Positions 56,791 to 64,000 of a DNA stretch of 64,000 nucleotides are shown in pieces. The translations under genes and the position numbers were made by a program. Source of the DNA: Octopus vulgaris (taxonomy: Eukaryota); NCBI GenBank assembly GCA_951406725.2, contig OX597835.1:26908001-26972000 (forward strand), read 5' to 3'. The first letter of the stretch is position 1, and each line of letters begins with the position of its first letter. Below the pieces are notes generated by a model. It saw nothing but the letters and a program-made list of their open reading frames with translations. It had not been told where the DNA came from and made no database searches.

Positions 56791-57366
56791 TCTAATATAA
56801 GGATGAAATTTTATTAAGCAATTTTATCAGTGGCCAGCATATGAAAAATACCTTTTAAGGTGAAAATTATAAATACAGTTATAAATAAGGGAAAAAGAAA
56901 AAAAAAAATTCTTTGCCAATATGCTGAAAAATAGACGCTAAATCGTCTAACCACACTTATATTATTACACCATGTGTCGAAACGAGGAAAGCAAGCTAAC
57001 AGAAATTCATAAAAATATAGTTATCACCGAATCGGTTCCGATTTCTGGTTTAATCCTTGAAGGATTCTTCGTTCATCCCCGAGGAACACAAAACGAAAAT
57101 AAATAAAATGCTTAGACGTACCCACGGAAAAGTAGATGCAAAGTCGTGAATACATTAAGTACCCCAAATATATCCAAATAAAAATTCCGTAGTAAGCTTC
57201 GACACAAGCGTAGTCGGTCAGGAAACGCAGAGAAGTGGTCAACCACTTCCGAAGTGAATGAGAATTAATTTATTTCTAATATACGGATAAAATTTTATCA
57301 AAAATTTTTATCAGTGGCCAGCATATGAAAAATACTTCTTAAGGTGAAAATTATAAATACAATTAT
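56791..57366. mobile_element. Element bounded by ~90-bp direct repeats next to (TA)n
   Basis: TCTAATATA.GGAT..AAATTTTAT...TTTTATCAGTGGCCAGCATATGAAAAATAC..TTAAGGTGAAAATTATAAATACA at 56791-56882 and 57275-57366. Confidence 0.75.
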
Positions 57367-57508
57367 ATATACAGTATATATATTGCATCTTAAATTTTGT
57401 GTTTTCGTTTTCCGTTTTTTACTTTCTGCATTTTCTATATGCTACCTTGTCAGTTTATCACGTTTCATCTGTCATTCAGTTTTCATGGTTCGTTATGATA
57501 TGTGGTTT

Positions 57509-57562
57509 GCGCCTGAAGAATACGTTTGAGTCTTTCTCAAAATATGAAACTATTAGTAGCGC
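57509..57562 (+). ncRNA. Type I hammerhead ribozyme with an intact core
   Basis: gcgc-CTGAAGA-ata..tttgag tcttt ctcaaa.tat-GAAACTATTA-GTA-gcgc. Confidence 0.75.
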
Positions 57563-57650
57563 TTAAATGCATGTATCATACCCTTTAGATAAATATTATT
57601 TATCTCTCACCAGATGGAGTACTTTTTGTTGAATTTTCTATTTTGGAACA

Positions 57651-57715
<65 letters not shown>

Positions 57716-57743
57716 TATATACATACATACATACATACATACA

Positions 57744-57775
<32 letters not shown>

Positions 57776-57840
57776 AGATTTTTTGCGTAATAAGATAAAA
57801 AACCAAGGCTGTATAGATATTAGAGCATTTATAGATAGAA

Positions 57841-57897
57841 GGCTTTACAGCTGTTTCTAGAATATTAATTAATAATAATATTCCTTCATCAGAGACG
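57841..57897 (-). ncRNA. Hammerhead-like motif with an intact core and weak stem I
   Basis: Minus strand: cgtct-CTGATGA-aggaatatta..taatattcta-GAAACAGCT-GTA-aagcc. Confidence 0.55.
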
Positions 57898-59007
57898 GTG
57901 TGAGAGGAAAAATTAAGTCATAGTTAGTTTCGTTGTAATACAAATAGAGAGTGAGGTGGAGGAAAGAAAATAGATGTAAGATATGTATGTGTATTGGATT
58001 TGTAAATCCGTTTTATAAGCATAATGGTATATATGCAATATTCCAATATCCTTTGAGTAAAATCCAAAAGTCCAACAGAGTTTAATATGAGTTCATCCAA
58101 ATATAGAGTTTATAAGCAATATAAGATTCTCTTAAACTTGGTTATTCCCTGTAGGGAATTTATATAGAGTGTAGCAGAGTCAAGGTTTGTATTTAAACTG
58201 ATCTAGAAATAGGGAGTGTATTAGTATGGTTGAATTGAAAACAGGAAGAGGGGAATGAAATAAAGAGAGAAAATTCTAAAGAGAAAAAATATAATAATAA
58301 AGAGAAACAAAAAAGGAAACAAAAATGAGAAGAAGAAAGAGAAAAAAGAGAAGAGAAAGAAAAAATGAAAGAGAAAGGAGAGAGAATATTTATATTTCTT
58401 TTATATATCATGTGGTTTGGGCCTTAATGATTCTGGTTATTAGCTCCGTAGCTTCCATCATGTTTTTGCCTAGCGGTATGCACAGTAGGTCTACTTATAA
58501 AATTTCTTATTTCACCAACCAGTCACAAGATTAATTTAATCGCAACTTCTTTCATGATATCAGGTACCCCGCAACGGTAATCCCCGTAGCAACATTACCT
58601 GCATGTGTCACGCAGTGAAGAGATATATTAAATGAAGACGATTAGATAAAGACAATTGAAAGACATGCTAAAAATGAATGGTGGGACGGCTGGATGGCGC
58701 ATTTCTGTACAGTTTCCGTCTATTAACTGTACTCACAAAACAAGATGTAAATATTTTCAGAGGAAAAGGTGAACAATTCAAGAGAGGTTTTGCTGTTGTT
58801 TCTAGCACAACCCAAACCACCCTCCCTTTTCACTCTCACATGTATTGATGCTTTTTAAATACTTTTCTTCAATTAAACACTTTTTATTGAATGATGATGT
58901 CGAAGAAACACACGCGTAGTCCATTGGTGGAATATAAGCAACAAAATAAAATATAATTTAAATTTTTACCCCCACCTCAATCGAGCGAAGCTCTGTGTGT
59001 GTGTGTA

Positions 59008-59320
59008 GTGGAGGCACATGGCCTAGTAGTTAGAGCAGCGGACTCGCGGTCGAGGGATAGCAGGTTCAAATCTCAGATCGGACGATGTGTGTGTTTATGA
59101 GTGAAACACCTAAGCTCCACGCGGCTCCGGCAGAAGGTAATGGCGAACTTCTGCTGACTCTTTCGCCACAACTTTCTCTCACTCTTTCCTCCTGCGTCTT
59201 ACAGCTCACCTGCAACGGACCGGCGTCCCGTCCAGGTGGGGAACCCCTACGTCAAGGAAACCGGGAAACCGGCTCTTATGAGCCAGGTATGGCTTGAGAA
59301 GGAACATCAATCAATCAATC
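59008..59320 (+). mobile_element. SINE with a family C-like head and body but a different tail
   Basis: Arg(TCG)-like head. The tail is CCTGCAACGGACCGGCGTCCCGTCCAGG...GAAACCGGG, ending in (ATCA)n. A TSD-like TC(TG)nTA lies on both sides. Confidence 0.8.
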
Positions 59321-60151
59321 TGTGTGTGTGTGTGTAAGAAAAAAACATTTTCCAACAGAAAAGTATGCTATCGAAATGAATTATCCCTTACATAACTCTT
59401 TTTTTTTTAAAATCACTGCCTGCAATGACCTTCTCAGTCTCTCCAATATTTTAATTTCTAAACAGAAACAATCGGAGGCCGGGAGTGGGGTTGCAAAAAA
59501 ATTCATAATTTCTCAAATTTTCTTTTTTATAGCATATAAAGGTATTTATGGGGGGAAATATTGAAAAACAACAAAACAAACGAGAGTGAAAAAGAAACGA
59601 GGAGGGTTGTCTTTTGGATTTTTCCCTCTGAAAATATTAAATTTTTTTTACCGAAAATGCTCTACCCATGGTTTTGAAGTGCAAGAATAAAATGGCCAAA
59701 ATATGTCCGGATTGGGATGATGAGGGAGGGGGTGTAAAAAAAAATGTGTTTTCATACAAAGATGACCCCAACCCCAACCCTATCATTTCGAAGGCTGTGG
59801 AGGAAATCCCCGAAATTTATAATCGTAATCTATGCCGTTTGAAAGGGATTTGTAGAAACTTTCATTAAAAGATACCCATTTCCCTGAAAGTTATGAGGGG
59901 AAAAAAGTCAGATTGTGTGAATTTTCCGAAACTCCTCTCTCCACCTCCACGGAAAAATTATTTCCCATAAATCCCTAAATATTCTGAAGCCACAACATCT
60001 AAGCGATATTTGTAGAAAACTTTGTTAAAACGTATCTGTTTCTCTAGATGTCATGAGACAACAAAGTCAGGGGCGTATACAGCTGTAGGAATGTCCTTAT
60101 ATTTATACAATTTTTTCATTTCATGTTTATTTCATTCATTGTTTACAATGT

Positions 60152-60230
<79 letters not shown>

Positions 60231-60910
60231 CATACTGCAAAGCTTACAGATAGGCTGCAGAAATTTTCAATCTCTATGTTGCTTTGAGGTGAAGGTAAAA
60301 CTTGACAAACTACTTTTCCCTCTATTGTTGGACTACCGTGGTGTTTGTTTAAGAAAGATTATGACTGTGATAAAACAACGAAAGCAATATTTACTAAGCA
60401 AGTGAGCACTGTTATACAAAGAAATAATGAAACATAAAATATCATAAAAATTATTAGAATTGCGAATCAAATGTGAAAATATTATCAAGGGGCTTGCAGA
60501 AAACCTTCCGGAGGGCATTCTTTCTACAAGTACATATAATGTGTCTGTATATATGTATTCATACATGTACATTTATATATATATGTGGGGGGTGAGGGTG
60601 TGGGGGGTTGTAGGAGGAGTTGTGTGAGTGGATGTGTAGGAAGGGATGTATACACTGTATTTCATTATGTGTCTTTTTATATGTGTGTATATGTATATAT
60701 AGATAAGTGTGTGTGTGCGTGCGTCTAAGTGTACGTGTGTGCATGCGTGTTTGTGTGTGTGTGTGTGTGTACGTATGTATGCATGTATGTATAATTCCTT
60801 TTTGGAATATTCGTCTCGAAGCATACATAAAGCTGTAAATAATAGTATGTAAATATTAGGTCACCGAAAACTTTTATGTATATACGTATATTTCTATATA
60901 CACACACATA

Positions 60911-60981
<71 letters not shown>

Positions 60982-61170
60982 TACATACATATATATATAT
61001 GATTTGATTTTGATTGATTTTTCCAGTTTCAGCTTATGAGCTGTGGCCATGCTGGGGCACCGCCATATATATATATACATATATATATATATACATATAT
61101 ATATATATGTATGTATGTATATATACATACATATATATATATATCTATATACACATATATATATGTATAT

Positions 61171-61225
<55 letters not shown>

Positions 61226-61684
61226 TATATATACAATTGCGCATATGTATGTACAAACATAGATAAATGCACACACATAGTACTTACATACAAACATACA
61301 TGCATGCACACATACATAAGTACTTACATACACACATACATACACACACACACATACGTAGACAGACATACATTCAGACAGACAGATGTTTTCAAATTTA
61401 ATACAATAAATGGCAGCCTCTGTCGATGATAGTAACGATTATAACGAAGCTAAAACACATACGTGGTTTTCATCCATATTAATTGCCCTTTGAACCTAAT
61501 TAAACGCTAATTACTTGAAAAGTTAAAAACCCCTGCATAATAGAATTTTAGTTCTCATGCTTATTAACCATTCTGTTTGATAAAACATTGAAATATATTA
61601 CAACCTTTTATGCGTGTCTTTATTATCGCCATCTTTCACCACTATCGGCTTTATCTATGTCTTCCTTCCTTCCTTCCTTCCTTC

Positions 61685-61739
<55 letters not shown>

Positions 61740-61938
61740 TCGTTCTTTATTTCTTTATTTATTTCACTATCCTCTCAGTATCCATTCGATCTGCCTGTCT
61801 GTCTATCACTCTCTCTCCACCCTCTCTCTCTCTCTCTCATTCTCTTTTCATTCCCTGCTTATTCGCCCTTTTGCAAATATACATACATACATACATATGT
61901 CCGTACGTACATATATACATATATATGTATATACAAAC

Positions 61939-62002
<64 letters not shown>

Positions 62003-62134
62003 ACATACATACATACATACATAGATATATATATATATATATATATTATATATGAATATATATATATATATATATATTCATATATACATATATTCATATA
62101 TACATATATTATATATACATATATATATACATGC

Positions 62135-62186
<52 letters not shown>

Positions 62187-62367
62187 GCATATTCACCTAT
62201 ATACACTTACACACATACATATTCAATATATACTAAATAAATCATATACATGTATTTTATACATGTGTGTGTATATATATATTACGTAATATATGTATAG
62301 AATATATATATATTATATAGAATACACATATAAATCTATAAATGAGCGTGTGTATATGTACCCAGTG

Positions 62368-62680
62368 TGGTACTCCGTCGGTTGCGACGGTGAGGGTTCC
62401 AGTAGATCCGATCAGCGGAACGGTCTGCTCGTAAAATTAACGTGTAAGGTAGTTCTCGGGGGAGATTCAGCGTGACACAGAGTGTGACAAGGATGGCCCT
62501 TTGAAATACAGGTACAACAGAAAGTGTACAGCAGGGTTTGCCACCACTCCCCTGCCGGGGTCTCGTGGAGCTTTAGGTGTTTTCGCTCAATAAACACTCA
62601 CAACGTCCGGTTTGGAAATTGAAACCACGATTCTACGACTGCGAGTCCGCTGCCCTAACCACTGAGCCATTGCGCCTCCG
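62368..62680 (-). mobile_element. SINE family C with internal deletions
   Basis: Homologous to 3879-4265. Confidence 0.85.
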
Positions 62681-62684
62681 TATA

Positions 62685-62792
<108 letters not shown>

Positions 62793-62807
62793 TATACATA
62801 TATATAC

Positions 62808-62862
<55 letters not shown>

Positions 62863-63247
62863 CACACACACATAAGCTCATAAGCTTGTTTGTGTGCATG
62901 TATGAAAGGATTTATGTGTATGTATATGCAGGCATTGTCACATGTATATGTATACATATGCATGTTAAGTACTAAATGTGTCTATATGACTATACGTATA
63001 CATGTGTGCGTGCGCATGTATACACGCACGCCTACACACACATCGGAACAGCGTAACTGTCGATGCAAGTCCGATGAAGTACCACTCCAGTGTTTAAAAC
63101 CTCGTATATCACGAAACAGTTCGCGTTAAAATTCTTCGTGCAATGGCGTTAAAAACACAAAACGGTACAGACACAATTATAACTGGTCATTAAAGTCCTG
63201 CTAAGGTCTTTGACTTTTCTTATATACACTATGTATATACATATACA

Positions 63248-63291
<44 letters not shown>

Positions 63292-63330
63292 CACGCAAAC
63301 ACACCCGTACACACATACATATACATACAT

Positions 63331-63405
<75 letters not shown>

Positions 63406-63489
63406 CATTACGGATATATGGTAAGGAATTATTTCAAAATTTTCGGCATGAGCTGAAGCAACTTTATGCTAAACCCTTCATTATGCATG

Positions 63490-63520
<31 letters not shown>

Positions 63521-63583
63521 GTATATATTTATATTTATATTTATTTATACAGGTATACACTCATAGATATACACATATATATA

Positions 63584-63638
<55 letters not shown>

Positions 63639-63689
63639 GCTTACAGACGCATGCATATATACATATATAAATATATGTATACATATATT

Positions 63690-63852
63690 AGGCGCAGGAG
63701 TGGCTGTTTGGTAAGAAGCTTGCTTCCCAAGCACATGGTTCTGAGTTCAGTCCCATTGCGTAGCACCTTGGACAAGTGTCTTCTACTATAGCCTCCGGCA
63801 GACCGAACCATTGTGAGTGGATTTGGTAGATGGAAACTGGAAGAAGCCCGTC

Positions 63853-63853
<1 letters not shown>
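63690..63853 (+). mobile_element. SINE family A head followed by (TA)n
   Basis: Homologous to 4575-4740. Confidence 0.85.
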
Positions 63854-63901
<48 letters not shown>

Positions 63902-64000
63902 CATACACAGCAGTTGAAAAATATCGGTATATGTATGAATATACCTTAAACAATTATACAAAAATATGTGTGCATGTGTGTATGTATGTGTGCTTGTGTG

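Noticed and set aside
63085-63135. CCGATGA...GAAAC hammerhead-like motif (also near 92-140 and 9340-9390)
   Set aside because: The stems do not pair convincingly, so it is too degenerate to call.

Overview
This is AT-rich, microsatellite-saturated eukaryotic DNA. The SINE repertoire and the (TA)n/(ATT)n/(GATA)n density suggest an octopus-like coleoid cephalopod (inference). Nearly all long ORFs in the track are simple-repeat artefacts. The window holds several tRNA-derived SINE families with shuffled modules, a decayed Helitron Rep-helicase (4.4-6.7 kb), a decayed mariner, two Tc1/mariner-class MITEs, an RTE-type LINE remnant, a duplicated element inside (TAA)n, and two Penelope-like element (PLE) coding remnants. 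Two signals stand out. (1) About a dozen type I hammerhead-ribozyme-like motifs, found by eye, lie in short elements, mostly beside (TA)n tracts. Four have intact cores and stems (48795-48845, 55424-55530, 55804-55910, 57509-57562); two of these form the arms of a ~315-bp near-perfect inverted repeat, and a variant motif lies directly downstream of a PLE endonuclease remnant. (2) A chain of short unique-sequence islands on the minus strand carries canonical AG/GT splice signals, and four of them splice in phase into an unrecognised 101-aa ORF. All calls are by eye; no searches or folding computations were run.
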